Below, in pieces: positions 54,198 to 64,000 of a stretch of 64,000 bases of DNA. Positions within the stretch are counted from its first letter, which is position 1, and each line of letters starts with the position of its first letter. The stretch is from an uncultured Clostridia bacterium (GTDB lineage Bacteria; Bacillota; Clostridia; Christensenellales; DTU072), in assembly GCA_946621465.1 (NCBI GenBank), contig CAMOOO010000001.1, positions 896,386-960,385 of the forward strand, read 5' to 3'. The translations under genes were made by a program, and so were the position numbers. The notes below the pieces were generated by a model. It worked only from the letters and a program-made list of their open reading frames with translations. It was not told where the DNA came from and ran no database searches.

Positions 54198-56226
54198 TCG
54201 TCATATTCTCCTTTTCTTTTTTCTTTCTATTCTTTCCTATTAAAATCAGAGCGTATGCCATCGTTGCTATGGCGAGCAGGATCGGCATCGATATCAGCAT
54301 CACTGCCGCGTCCGATAGCCTACCACGCGCAAACGGCTTGTCTCCGACTATTGCCCAACGACCCAATCGAGTGGTCGTAAATTTGATCACGTCATCCTCT
54401 CTCACGAAATCGTATGCTACCATTTCTCCGTTCTCACCGACGGCATAAAGCCCCAACCCTTCATAAGCCCTTTGCTCGGGAGTGAGCTTTATCTCTACCG
54501 TCAAAGAACCGTCCGGAGCAATCTCCGTGACCACGTTCCCTGAGATACGGACAAGAGTCAAATCGTATACCGCTTTGATCTCTTTATTCTTTCCGGCTGC
54601 TTGCACAACCGTTTCTTCTGTAATCTGATGCACGTCTTCCGGCACGTACGTCACGTTCAACGCGGTGTCCGCCGGCATTCCCAGGTCGCTTTCTACGGCG
54701 ATCTCGGCAGAGTCTTCAGCACTCTTTTCCCACTTATAGATCTTTCCGACAGGTACTTTTGCCGGCACGATCTCGATCATCGTGTAGCGGTCGCCCTTGA
54801 TTCCGTTGTAGTACGTCGCATCGGTGTTCCCCATAACGAACGTCACATCGTATACGCCGGCTTCCGATTCACGCTTAATTTTAAACTTCATCGTCACGAA
54901 AACGCCCGTTTCATAGCTGTTTTCGGTATGGTTGTAGTAGAACTTAAAGCTACTGGCACCATCATAGTCGTCGTTTACAACGTTCGTCGTCTGGAACTGC
55001 ATCTTGGAAAAAACCTCGTTATTCGGTTCAAATCCACTAAACGACAACGCCGATTTGTCATAGCTGAGCGTCAAAACCATTGCGTTGAACCCGGTATTCA
55101 TTACCATGTCCGCCGTAACGGTGACTTCGTCCTCGTCTACGTTCGCAGTCAACATGATCTTCGGTATCGAGGTCGTACGAATATCGTATACAAAGTATCC
55201 GTATAACGTAAGGTCCTCCGCAGGCATTTTCGTCTCTACGTATTCCTTAGAAAAGCTCGCGTCCTTATACCACCCCGAGAATACGTAACGCGGTTTTTCC
55301 GGGTAATCGTTCTCAAGATAGGTTCCGTAACCAACGTTTCTGGTTTTCCCAACCCAAAGGTCGTCTTCGGTAATAACGCCATCGAACGACTCCTCGTTGA
55401 TACCGTCGACGAAATAGAATACCTGATACTCAATTGGCGTCAGAATGTATTTCGCACGGAATTTCAGGACGTTTTCTTCTCCGTCTGCCGGGATGCCCTC
55501 GAATTTATCGAATTCGTATTCATAATATTCGTCGGACTCACGAATCAGCTTGTCGTCATAATTCCCTTGTCCGAACGGGTAGGAAGGTGTGTCGCCGTCG
55601 CGGTAATCGTCTTTGCGGAACAATAATTGGTCATCCCAGCTATAATACTCCGCAACAAAGTCACCCCTTTTGAACGTGACCGAGCCGTCAATAACGGTAA
55701 CGTTAAGCGGTTGATACTCGTCCTTTCTGGTGTTGTTGATATTGAACCCCATTCTGACGGGATATACTCCCTCCGGCGCGGTAGCACTGGACTCAAAAGT
55801 CAGTTCAAGTATGGTGCCGTTCCCGGTATCCGCCTCGCTGACACCGTCCCATAAGAAGGTATCGACTGCCGCATACCCGAGCGAGTTATCGGGGTTGGTG
55901 TGCGTAAACGTCAGTTTCTTCAACGCGTTATCGGTAAGCTCAACACCGCCTTTAACTCCGACCAGCTCCATAACGTCTCTGTCGTACTGAACGAGTTTCA
56001 ATTCCAAGTCAAGGATACCCTCGTTATTCGACAGATCGACATTCAGAGTAAACGTCTGACCACTGTAAACGGTTTTATTCTCCACCGTCACAACCGGCGT
56101 GTATCCCTCAGGTTCGGCAAAGGCAAAAGTCTGTCTCGGCAAAGATAGGGAAAAGAATAACAATAACAGTACCGCTATTGCAAAAAACAATATTATACGT
56201 TTTTTGTCTATTCTAATTTTGTCCAC
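54190..56226 (-). CDS. cell-surface protein with two cohesin-like domains, Listeria-Bacteroides-type repeats and a C-terminal TM anchor
   Basis: 678 aa with a signal peptide. Cohesin-like VTVENKTVYSGQTFTLNVDLSNNEGILDLELKLVQYDRDVMELVGV and IMLTANVDEDEVTVTADMVMNTGFNAMVLTLSYDKSALSFSGF. RYVFSGWY repeat. Terminal TM helix plus KNRKKKEKE. Confidence 0.7.
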   Translation of the reverse strand: MDKIRIDKKRIILFFAIAVLLLLFFSLSLPRQTFAFAEPEGYTPVVTVENKTVYSGQTFTLNVDLSNNEGILDLELKLVQYDRDVMELVGVKGGVELTDNALKKLTFTHTNPDNSLGYAAVDTFLWDGVSEADTGNGTILELTFESSATAPEGVYPVRMGFNINNTRKDEYQPLNVTVIDGSVTFKRGDFVAEYYSWDDQLLFRKDDYRDGDTPSYPFGQGNYDDKLIRESDEYYEYEFDKFEGIPADGEENVLKFRAKYILTPIEYQVFYFVDGINEESFDGVITEDDLWVGKTRNVGYGTYLENDYPEKPRYVFSGWYKDASFSKEYVETKMPAEDLTLYGYFVYDIRTTSIPKIMLTANVDEDEVTVTADMVMNTGFNAMVLTLSYDKSALSFSGFEPNNEVFSKMQFQTTNVVNDDYDGASSFKFYYNHTENSYETGVFVTMKFKIKRESEAGVYDVTFVMGNTDATYYNGIKGDRYTMIEIVPAKVPVGKIYKWEKSAEDSAEIAVESDLGMPADTALNVTYVPEDVHQITEETVVQAAGKNKEIKAVYDLTLVRISGNVVTEIAPDGSLTVEIKLTPEQRAYEGLGLYAVGENGEMVAYDFVREDDVIKFTTTRLGRWAIVGDKPFARGRLSDAAVMLISMPILLAIATMAYALILIGKNRKKKEKENMTND

Positions 56227-56945
56227 GTTTCATTACCTTTATTTTTGCTTTTTTTACCTTTTTTCCCCTTTTTCCTGCGCATTATGCTCAGAATAACGAG
56301 GGTCGAACCACCGACGAATGCCAGTCCTCCTGCCACCGATAGAGATACGATCAACGCTACGTTCGACTTTTTTGTTTCAGCCGGCTTCGAGTTATCCTCG
56401 TTGTAGGTGAACGTCTCGATAGTATCCCCATTCAAACGGATTTTTACTCCGTTTATCAGGACACGTTTCGTCTTGATCGATTTTCCATCCAGATAGGTCA
56501 CCACTTTTTCCGGCGCACGGAGCGCGATGTTATAATCGCCGTCCGGCGTCGAATCTTTGATCAAAAAGGTCATCCAGAGGATCGTTCCTGTCGAAGTATC
56601 GTTTTTATCGCCCGACCAGTTGATGCGAAAAGGAGTGATTGCGTACCCCTGTTCGCTATCAACTTTGGTTGTAAGGTACTCGAGAGATTTGAGCGCGTCT
56701 CCTCTCTCCACATTTGTTAGTTCCAATACCGAAGAGTCGTAGGCTAGTTGCAACGTCATACCCGATATTCCGGAATTGCGTCTCAAGGTTACTTTAACCG
56801 TCAATTCTCTTCCGGCGTCGGTCGCCGACATCACTATGATCGGCTCTTCGGCTAGGTCCTCGGCATACGCCTCCCCTTGCGGAACCAAAATTCCACAAAG
56901 GAAGATCATTATTGCTAAAACACATATGCCGATAAGTTTTTTCAT
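56208..56945 (-). CDS. membrane-anchored single-cohesin protein
   Basis: 245 aa with a signal peptide. IIVMSATDAGRELTVKVTLRRNSGISGMTLQLAYDSSVLELTNVERGD is cohesin-like. C-terminal TM helix plus RRKKGKKGKKSKNKG. Confidence 0.7.
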   Translation of the reverse strand: MKKLIGICVLAIMIFLCGILVPQGEAYAEDLAEEPIIVMSATDAGRELTVKVTLRRNSGISGMTLQLAYDSSVLELTNVERGDALKSLEYLTTKVDSEQGYAITPFRINWSGDKNDTSTGTILWMTFLIKDSTPDGDYNIALRAPEKVVTYLDGKSIKTKRVLINGVKIRLNGDTIETFTYNEDNSKPAETKKSNVALIVSLSVAGGLAFVGGSTLVILSIMRRKKGKKGKKSKNKGNETWTKLE

Positions 56946-56952
56946 TTACTCA

Positions 56953-59900
56953 TTAATCAATTGTGAAAGTCTCATTATCATTTTTCACATTTTGGTTCGC
57001 AGCTATATATTTATCCACAACACCTGCATAGTTGTTTACGTTTTCACTAAATACATAGTTTTGTAAACTGCTATTCATTGTCGTATTGTTAGCTTCATAG
57101 CTGTAGAATGCGATCCCAGCGATCCACCCTCCTGCAATCGTTCCATTGTTCGTGCAGTTGGCAATCGTATTGGTGTTCGTAGAATTATGGTTCGGATATT
57201 CTCCGATAAAGCCTACAATACCGGCTGCTTTGTTGGAACTCTTCGCGCTAGAAGAACTTATGCTTGCATTGTTGACGCAATTCGTTACACTGAAGACCTC
57301 GTTAGCATTTCCGGCATTTTGGTCATACGCACGACCTACGATACCACCAATTGCATCTTCACCGCTGATGCTACCGGAAACGGTAACATTATTGATGGTA
57401 AGACTACCCGCTGAGAAACCTACCAATGCACCGACGGAATCGCCCGTTGCAATATTGATAGCTACTCCGGTCAATGTCAGATCATGTATATTCGCTCCAC
57501 TATCAGTGATAGCAAAGAGTCCATATGCATAACATCCATCACCATCCATCCTGTCATTACTGGGCGTAAAACCAGTGTTGTTCAGATTAGAAATAGTCTT
57601 GTTATTTCCATCAAAGTTTCCGGCAAATGCATTTCCGGTATAGTTCTCAAACACATTTACATATGCTGCGGCAATCTTTCTTGCACCTTCACCGATCGGG
57701 GCCCAACCGTTGTCGAGCGTGATGTCAGCCGTCAATTTAACATATTTTCCGGCATAGGTATTACCACCGTTAACGTCATCACGGAAAGCTTTGAGTTCAG
57801 CCAGCGTACCAATCAAATAAGGATGTGCGGCCGTTCCGTCCTCGTTGAATTCTTGAGCATTATTATAGTTGTCCACGATAACCGCATTCGCTACAGCTTC
57901 AGCCGTATTGGTGTTATCAACAGCTTTCACACTGGTTGCAGGCATGGATGCGCAAACAGCAACGTATGCTACATGCAATCTGCCGTCCTTCGCTCTTCCG
58001 CTTACGTTGCCACTATTGGCATTACCGGTGATGTTAAGCGCGATTGTCGTACTGGCATAGCTCGAGCTACTATTTTTACCGAACGTTACGATACCGGCAC
58101 CAAAATTGGTAGAGGTAATTACACCAGTATTGGTATTATCGGAAAGAGTAACATTAACACTATATTCTTTGTTGGCAATGAAACCAGCGATACCGGCGGC
58201 TTTTGCACTGCCAACAGTACCCGTATAAATCGCTGCATTGTTGGTGCAGTTCGTAATCGTCACAACAGCATTGCCACCCAAGGAGGCATAGAGTCTACCC
58301 AGTATACCGGCAACAGAGTCTGCCGCTTTAACAATACCGCTAACAGTAACGTTGTCAACGCTCAAGGAACCGCCCGCAAAGCCAACCAACGCGGCAACGG
58401 AGTCACCGTGTGCCGATTCTTCATTGGCGAGTTGTACGTCGGTCAAAGTATCGATGTTGACATTAGTCAAAGTAAGATTTTTGATAGTTGCATTGTATAC
58501 CAAACCGAACAATCCATAAACATAGTTGTTGTCATCCTCGTCTTCGGCGTATGCGGTAGGTACATATCCGGTGTTGTTCAAACCGGAAATGGTCTTGTTA
58601 TTTCCGTCAAAGGTTCCACAGAAGAAATTACCTTGTGCGGTAACGGAAATGTTTTTGGTTACCGATCTGGTTCCTTCACCGATCGGGGCCCAACCGTTGT
58701 CGAGCGTGATGTCAGCCGTCAATTTAACATATTTTCCGGCATAGGTATTACCACCGTTAACGTCATCACGGAAAGCTTTGAGTTCAGCCAGCGTACCAAT
58801 CAAATAAGGATGTGCGGCCGTTCCGTCCTCGTTGAATTCTTGAGCATTATTATAGTTGTCCACGATAACCGCATTCGCTACAGCTTCAGCCGTATTGGTG
58901 TTATCAACAGCTTTCACACTGGTTGCAGGCATGGATGCGCAAACAGCAACGTATGCTACATGCAATCTGCCGTCCTTCGCTCTTCCGCTTACGTTGCCAC
59001 TATTGGCATTACCGGTGATGTTAAGCGCGATTGTCGTACTGGCATAGCTCGAGCTACTATTTTTACCGAACGTTACGATACCGGCACCAAAATTGGTAGA
59101 GGTAATTACACCAGTATTGGTATTATCGGAAAGAGTAACATTAACACTATATTCTTTGTTGGCAATGAAACCAGCGATACCGGCGGCTTTTGCACTGCCA
59201 ACAGTACCCGTATAAATCGCTGCATTGTTGGTGCAGTTCGTAATCGTCACAACAGCATTGCCACCCAAGGAGGCATAGAGTCTACCCAGTATACCGGCAA
59301 CAGAGTCTGCCGCTTTAACAATACCGCTAACAGTAACGTTGTCAACGCTCAAGGAACCGCCCGCAAAGCCAACCAACGCGGCAACGGAGTCACCGTGTGC
59401 CGATTCTTCATTGGCGAGTTGTACGTCGGTCAAAGTATCGATGTTGACATTAGTCAAAGTAAGATTTTTGATAGTTGCATTGTATACCAAACCGAACAAT
59501 CCATAAACATAGTTGTTGTCATCCTCGTCTTCGGCGTATGCGGTAGGTACATATCCGGTGTTGTTCAAACCGGAAATGGTCTTGTTATTTCCGTCAAAGG
59601 TTCCACAGAAGAAATTACCTTGTGCGGTAACGGAAATGTTTTTGGTTACCGATCTGGTTCCTTCACCGATCGGGGTCCAACCATCGTCCAAAGTGATGTT
59701 ATTCATCAATTTGATGAATTTTCCGGCATAATCGTTACCGGCGTTGACATCGTCACGGAGTAATTTCAGATCAGCCAGGTTGTTGATTAGGTAGGGTGAC
59801 TCTTCCGTTCCTTCTCCGGTCAAAGCATTTGCTTCAGTCACGTGACCAACCGTAACCAAATCTTCGATAGCGGCTACAGTGTTATTGGTCAAAGTGATTG

Positions 59901-62900
59901 CCTTAGTATTATCAGGCGTGAAGGTGGGAACATTATTAACAATCTCAACCACAGCTACTTTGATCGCGGCTACAGTGATTTCGGCGTTGGCCTCGACGAC
60001 AACGTGGGTTCCTTCTGCAACGTTGATTACAGTTTCGCCCTTGTTATTATCGTTTTCTACGATTTCACCGTCCGCATCGATCGCAAAACTGTTGTTTCCG
60101 CTGTAATCATAGAAGTTTACGTTGTTGACAAAGTGCAAACTGCTGGAAGCTGCTTGCAGGTTGATCTTTTCATCACCGTTGACGTAAGCATCTACGTTAT
60201 TGATGACAACGTTGCCGTTGGGCGCGATGATGTTAATGGTTCCGAGAGAAACGATAGTTCCGTTAGTAATGGTGATAGTCGCATCGTATCCGTTCGTGAT
60301 CAAAGTCAGCGACTTAACGGTGAGGGTATAACCACCTTCTGCTTTATTACCTTTGAGGTCAAGGTAGATATCACCGTCTGCCTCTACAGATACATCTTCA
60401 GTCGATGCATTGATATTATTGTATATACGCGCACGTCCATAGCTAAGAGCGCTCTGGAGAGCCGCAATATCGTAGGAAGTTTTGGTTCTTTCGATGCTCT
60501 TTCCGGTGACTCTGATACCGCTTTCGATATCCCAGTCATATCCTCCGACAAAAGCCATACGGGTGATAGTTACGTCTCTGACGTCTTTGCTGTTGTCAGC
60601 GTTGATATCGGCGACTCTCTTCAAGAAGAATGCGCCTTCTGTATATTCAAAATTCTGCGCGGTGACAGTAGCCCACTCATTGCCGACTTCGACAACGGTC
60701 ATCGGGTATCCGCCGACGATCCATTTACGATACAGCGTGATATCGTCAGTATCGACATTGCCGTTACCGTCGACGTCGCCGTAGCCGATATCAAATTTGT
60801 ACGCGCCGTAAACGGAAACTCTGCTTGCCGACATGGTAGCCGGAGCGTTCTTTAACGTTCTGTTGGCATCGGTGTACCAGCAATCGGTTTTGAACCAGGT
60901 ATACGTTTGGTTAATGGCACGATAAGCAATCGTAGTGTTGTATTCTACAAACTCCGTTACCGGTTCGACGTTTTCATACGCCTCAGCGCCGGCAGCAGTG
61001 CCTTCCAACATGTAGTAGTCGATAGCAAATTCCAGTACGGCATCGAATACCATTCCGTCTTCGGTTGCTGTAATACCGAGGTTAATCTCCTCTGAATCAA
61101 AATTACTGATAGTGTAAACTGCGTTGTTATACTTCCATCCGGCAACACGATAATCGGTAGCGTTGACACCTTCGTATCCAGCAAAGGTATTAAGCAGTGC
61201 CAAAGCAGAGGGACTATAAGTGATATCATCGCCATGCTCGAGGTTCAGCTCGTAAGCGGTGAGTGTGTTGAAGTATTTTAAATAAACTTTATAAGCGTTC
61301 TTGCTCCAAATCGCATTGAAAGCAACCGACTCATTCACTTCGTAAGAAGCATTGGCGTTATACGTTGCATTACCCAATTTCCATTGTTTGAAGCTGTATT
61401 CATTCGTCAAGGCTTGCAACGCAGGCAGAGTGATGGACTCGCCTTCGAACACGTACATCGTATTCGGTAAATTGCTGTGACTCGTAACCTCATAATCAGT
61501 GTGCGTGGTATGATCGCAATCAAAGGTAACTGCGTACGTGAATCCTGCTTCCGTATTACTGCTTTCGGTATAGTTAGCATTGCTGGTAACGTCCGCGGTA
61601 ATATAATAGAAAGTCTCAGCCTGTGCGGTAAAGGTACGCTCTGCGCCGGGTAAAATGGTCTTTACTTTTGTGGTAACACCAGTTTCCATATCATAACTAT
61701 AGACATAATAGGTAACCTGCGTAGGATCAATGAGAGCTTTGGGATCGACACCTGGTTCAGTATCCATATGACCGGAGTCGGTTGTTACGCTGCCCCAGGT
61801 TACGGTGCCTCCACTATAATGTAAGGAGTCTGAATCGACGTCAGACAGTCTGACAGTGTTGATAATGATTTGTCTTACTTCGCTTTCGCACGAATTGTAG
61901 TTGGTAGTTTCTATAACAGAGGCTTTTGCATAGTAGGTGCCAGCGTTAACCGGTTCTCCGCTCAATGCATTCTGACACTCGTTATCACTATAATAGGTAA
62001 TGGTTGCATCACCGACGTTCGGCGTAACCTCTGCAGTTACGTTCAAAGCACGGTTGTAATAGAAAGGACCAACCGCATACAACTCGATCGAGGGAGTAGC
62101 TTTTTCTACCGTATAGGGAGCGGTTTCCGGATCATAAGTAATAGTAAAGTTATCACCCTCGGACGTTGCACTAACGGTAACGGTGTACGGACCGGCGTTG
62201 GTAGTGCTGGTGAGTGTGGTGTTGATGCTCGTAGCAACGACCAAATCGCCGAAGGGTTCTACGCTACTGGTATATTCGGTACCTCTCGTCGGAGCCGCAT
62301 AGTTCATGGTCGGATTTTCACCATAGGTATGAGATCCACCGATTGCGCCAAGGGTAATTGTCGCTTTGGCGATAGACGCAGTCAGATTCTTCCCTTCTTC
62401 ATTCTGACTTTGAATTTCTACGGAAGTATGTACTCCATCAAAATCGGTAGCGCTTTCAAATGTAATCAAAATGGTATAAACATAAGTGCCTGCATTGGTT
62501 TTGGCGTCAGCAGCGGTGACCGCCGGGTCGGCGTCATACGGTGTTTCGATCGTTGCGCCATAAGCATCGGAATTGGCTTTATATGCAACGGACGTTACCC
62601 ACTCAGGAAGAGCCGTTTTATTGCGGATCATGGTTTGAGATTGACCGGTATAGGTCTCGTTGAACACCTCAAAGAACTGATAATAGTAGTCCGCTTGAGT
62701 ACCACGAATAAGCAAATCACCTTTTACAGGGGTAATGGTATGGTTGGGATCCGAATACGTTGCCAAAATCTGTTCTGCATACGTACCCAAATCTATATAA
62801 TGCTCATATCCATCGTGGGTAAACGTGATGGAAACGTTTGCCGGGTCAAAGTCGATAAAGTTGGACGTACTGTATGCGTTTGCATTCGTGCATTCTTCAT

Positions 62901-64000
62901 CGGTATAGAACCCAAAATAACCTTCTCCGGTGAACGGAGTGGTGACCTCTTCACCCGTATAAATATGGATCTGATCCGCAGCTTTCAAATAGATAACCTT
63001 GGGGCTGACGATATAATCAACTTCAGTATCTCCGGACGCGCCGGCAGGAACGTTGTTGACGCTTATAGCATAGTTGCTGAGCTTATAATTGCTAGCCGCA
63101 CTCAACGTATACAGAATATCATAGGTATTTACAGGCGTAGTGCTGTTAAGCGGAACCGCATTGCTATTTTCAGCAATAGAAAGAGTAAGGGTGATACCAT
63201 CCTCTGCACCGGTATAAGCGAGTGCTTCAGGAGTATCGCCGTAGGTATGTTCTTGCGCAAGAACGGTGAAAGCAACCGACCTCGGACTAACGGTATAGGT
63301 GTGATTGGATTTAATTCCATTGCCCTCCTCTACCGGTGATTCGTTGAGAGTAACGGCATATATATCTTCGTTATAACTTAAATCATAATAGATATCGTAC
63401 GTACCCACGTCAGTATATGAATCAAGCGTTACTGCAGCCGGGTCCTCGCCTTGCGTTTTAATATATGCGCTAAAGGTAATTCCGCTCGTGTCCTCGCTGG
63501 AATATAGAGCTTCCGGGTCGTTACTATAGATATGACCGGGGTTGCCGATAGTTATCGAGCGAACGAGTTTCTGAATGATTACTTCGCAGTACACGGCATC
63601 AACGGCATAATAATTGAGCGTTTCCTGTGCACTGATACCGACTTTATAAAAACCGGGCATTTGAGGCGCAGATTGCATTGGTTCATATTCGTTATCTACT
63701 TTCTCGTACCAAGTAACAACGACCACGCCATCACCGTCATAGGTGTAGTGTACCGTGTAGGCGTCTTCTGAATCGACATATTCCTCATCGTATGCAGTCG
63801 GCAGAGTCGTTACTATTTCCGTAGTAAATTGAGAACCATAGAGGCGTTCGTAGTAACGAGGATCATTATCTATGTTACCACCGATCGTAATGGTAGCATG
63901 TTCACGAACGACAGGAGTGAACGTCTTTACAACGAGCGTCACCGGAACGTCGACCTGTTCGCCTACCTGGTCATTTACCGTCTCGATACGGTTAGCAACG
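56953..64000 (-). CDS. giant (>2,340-aa) secreted protein with GLUG-motif/beta-helix modules and an internal dockerin; 5' end beyond the right window edge
   Basis: The ORF-track start at 63942 is only a GTG. The frame stays open to position 64000 (...VANRIETVNDQVGEQVDVPV-TLVVKTF). Three ~329-aa modules carry YGLFG..., ALVGF.GGSL...VSG and AGI.GF patterns. The protein ends without a TM helix or sortase motif. Confidence 0.85.
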   Translation of the reverse strand, partial: VANRIETVNDQVGEQVDVPVTLVVKTFTPVVREHATITIGGNIDNDPRYYERLYGSQFTTEIVTTLPTAYDEEYVDSEDAYTVHYTYDGDGVVVVTWYEKVDNEYEPMQSAPQMPGFYKVGISAQETLNYYAVDAVYCEVIIQKLVRSITIGNPGHIYSNDPEALYSSEDTSGITFSAYIKTQGEDPAAVTLDSYTDVGTYDIYYDLSYNEDIYAVTLNESPVEEGNGIKSNHTYTVSPRSVAFTVLAQEHTYGDTPEALAYTGAEDGITLTLSIAENSNAVPLNSTTPVNTYDILYTLSAASNYKLSNYAISVNNVPAGASGDTEVDYIVSPKVIYLKAADQIHIYTGEEVTTPFTGEGYFGFYTDEECTNANAYSTSNFIDFDPANVSITFTHDGYEHYIDLGTYAEQILATYSDPNHTITPVKGDLLIRGTQADYYYQFFEVFNETYTGQSQTMIRNKTALPEWVTSVAYKANSDAYGATIETPYDADPAVTAADAKTNAGTYVYTILITFESATDFDGVHTSVEIQSQNEEGKNLTASIAKATITLGAIGGSHTYGENPTMNYAAPTRGTEYTSSVEPFGDLVVATSINTTLTSTTNAGPYTVTVSATSEGDNFTITYDPETAPYTVEKATPSIELYAVGPFYYNRALNVTAEVTPNVGDATITYYSDNECQNALSGEPVNAGTYYAKASVIETTNYNSCESEVRQIIINTVRLSDVDSDSLHYSGGTVTWGSVTTDSGHMDTEPGVDPKALIDPTQVTYYVYSYDMETGVTTKVKTILPGAERTFTAQAETFYYITADVTSNANYTESSNTEAGFTYAVTFDCDHTTHTDYEVTSHSNLPNTMYVFEGESITLPALQALTNEYSFKQWKLGNATYNANASYEVNESVAFNAIWSKNAYKVYLKYFNTLTAYELNLEHGDDITYSPSALALLNTFAGYEGVNATDYRVAGWKYNNAVYTISNFDSEEINLGITATEDGMVFDAVLEFAIDYYMLEGTAAGAEAYENVEPVTEFVEYNTTIAYRAINQTYTWFKTDCWYTDANRTLKNAPATMSASRVSVYGAYKFDIGYGDVDGNGNVDTDDITLYRKWIVGGYPMTVVEVGNEWATVTAQNFEYTEGAFFLKRVADINADNSKDVRDVTITRMAFVGGYDWDIESGIRVTGKSIERTKTSYDIAALQSALSYGRARIYNNINASTEDVSVEADGDIYLDLKGNKAEGGYTLTVKSLTLITNGYDATITITNGTIVSLGTINIIAPNGNVVINNVDAYVNGDEKINLQAASSSLHFVNNVNFYDYSGNNSFAIDADGEIVENDNNKGETVINVAEGTHVVVEANAEITVAAIKVAVVEIVNNVPTFTPDNTKAITLTNNTVAAIEDLVTVGHVTEANALTGEGTEESPYLINNLADLKLLRDDVNAGNDYAGKFIKLMNNITLDDGWTPIGEGTRSVTKNISVTAQGNFFCGTFDGNNKTISGLNNTGYVPTAYAEDEDDNNYVYGLFGLVYNATIKNLTLTNVNIDTLTDVQLANEESAHGDSVAALVGFAGGSLSVDNVTVSGIVKAADSVAGILGRLYASLGGNAVVTITNCTNNAAIYTGTVGSAKAAGIAGFIANKEYSVNVTLSDNTNTGVITSTNFGAGIVTFGKNSSSSYASTTIALNITGNANSGNVSGRAKDGRLHVAYVAVCASMPATSVKAVDNTNTAEAVANAVIVDNYNNAQEFNEDGTAAHPYLIGTLAELKAFRDDVNGGNTYAGKYVKLTADITLDNGWAPIGEGTRSVTKNISVTAQGNFFCGTFDGNNKTISGLNNTGYVPTAYAEDEDDNNYVYGLFGLVYNATIKNLTLTNVNIDTLTDVQLANEESAHGDSVAALVGFAGGSLSVDNVTVSGIVKAADSVAGILGRLYASLGGNAVVTITNCTNNAAIYTGTVGSAKAAGIAGFIANKEYSVNVTLSDNTNTGVITSTNFGAGIVTFGKNSSSSYASTTIALNITGNANSGNVSGRAKDGRLHVAYVAVCASMPATSVKAVDNTNTAEAVANAVIVDNYNNAQEFNEDGTAAHPYLIGTLAELKAFRDDVNGGNTYAGKYVKLTADITLDNGWAPIGEGARKIAAAYVNVFENYTGNAFAGNFDGNNKTISNLNNTGFTPSNDRMDGDGCYAYGLFAITDSGANIHDLTLTGVAINIATGDSVGALVGFSAGSLTINNVTVSGSISGEDAIGGIVGRAYDQNAGNANEVFSVTNCVNNASISSSSAKSSNKAAGIVGFIGEYPNHNSTNTNTIANCTNNGTIAGGWIAGIAFYSYEANNTTMNSSLQNYVFSENVNNYAGVVDKYIAANQNVKNDNETFTID
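57686..59675 (-). repeat. perfect tandem duplication, 2 x 987 bp (+16 bp), inside the giant gene
   Basis: Line-by-line comparison of 57686-58688 against 58673-59675 (offset 987) found no mismatch. Both sense and antisense ORF translations repeat exactly (for example ORFs 57869..58060 and 58856..59047 are identical). Confidence 0.9.
60541..60783 (-). other. type-I-like dockerin module (two Ca-binding segments), internal to the giant protein
   Basis: GDVDGNGNVDTDDITLYRKWIVGG ... (38 aa) ... ADINADNSKDVRDVTITRMAFVGG. Confidence 0.7.

Noticed and set aside
57484-59763. 759-aa plus-strand ORF, along with 59842..60855 (337 aa) and 61870..63339 (489 aa)
   Set aside because: These lie antisense to the giant minus-strand gene. 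Their translations are low-complexity (runs of I/V/G/R/T/N) with no motifs, and they simply mirror the codon bias and the duplication of the sense gene. The sense frame has clear domain signatures.

Overview
This 64-kb window looks like a Clostridia/Firmicutes-type anaerobe. The indications are GGAGG-type ribosome-binding sites, rubrerythrin, an EFR1-type ferredoxin, a DUF421/DUF4363 gene pair and cohesin/dockerin modules. All function calls come from motif recognition in the translations; no database search was possible.

Layout:
- 1-33.6 kb: housekeeping genes (pckG, nadE, luxS, dCMP deaminase, rubrerythrin) interspersed with many glycoside hydrolases: GH2 (cut by the left edge and absent from the ORF track), GH51-like, GH78, two GH29, GH130 and GH38. 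One GH29 copy is broken by a single in-frame TAA.
- 33.8-37.5 kb: a tRNA-Val(CAC) gene with its own promoter and terminator, then a 2 x ~153-bp tandem repeat, then a visibly AT-rich ~3-kb islet. The islet is bracketed by ~122-bp imperfect direct repeats that start in the tRNA 3' end. It carries a leucine-rich-repeat (LRR) gene fragment, a PD-(D/E)xK-nuclease fusion protein and an AAA+/DUF4143 ATPase, but no recombinase.
- 37.6-43.8 kb: an unassigned 786-aa putative glycosidase, followed by a three-gene signalling module (7TM pseudo-histidine kinase, histidine kinase, LuxR-type response regulator).
- 44-64 kb: two convergent surface-protein operons. The first encodes a 2,528-aa lipoprotein plus a small lipoprotein. 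The second encodes a protein of more than 2,340 aa that runs off the right edge. It has GLUG/beta-helix modules, an internal dockerin and a perfect 987-bp tandem duplication. It is followed by two membrane-anchored cohesin proteins and a YegP-like membrane protein.
- A ~365-bp ORF-free stretch with coding-like base composition lies where the two operons converge.

The items most worth follow-up are the tRNA-linked islet with its nuclease/ATPase pair, the non-cellulosomal cohesin-dockerin operon, the perfect 987-bp duplication and the pseudo-kinase signalling module. Long ORFs lying antisense to real genes were rejected.
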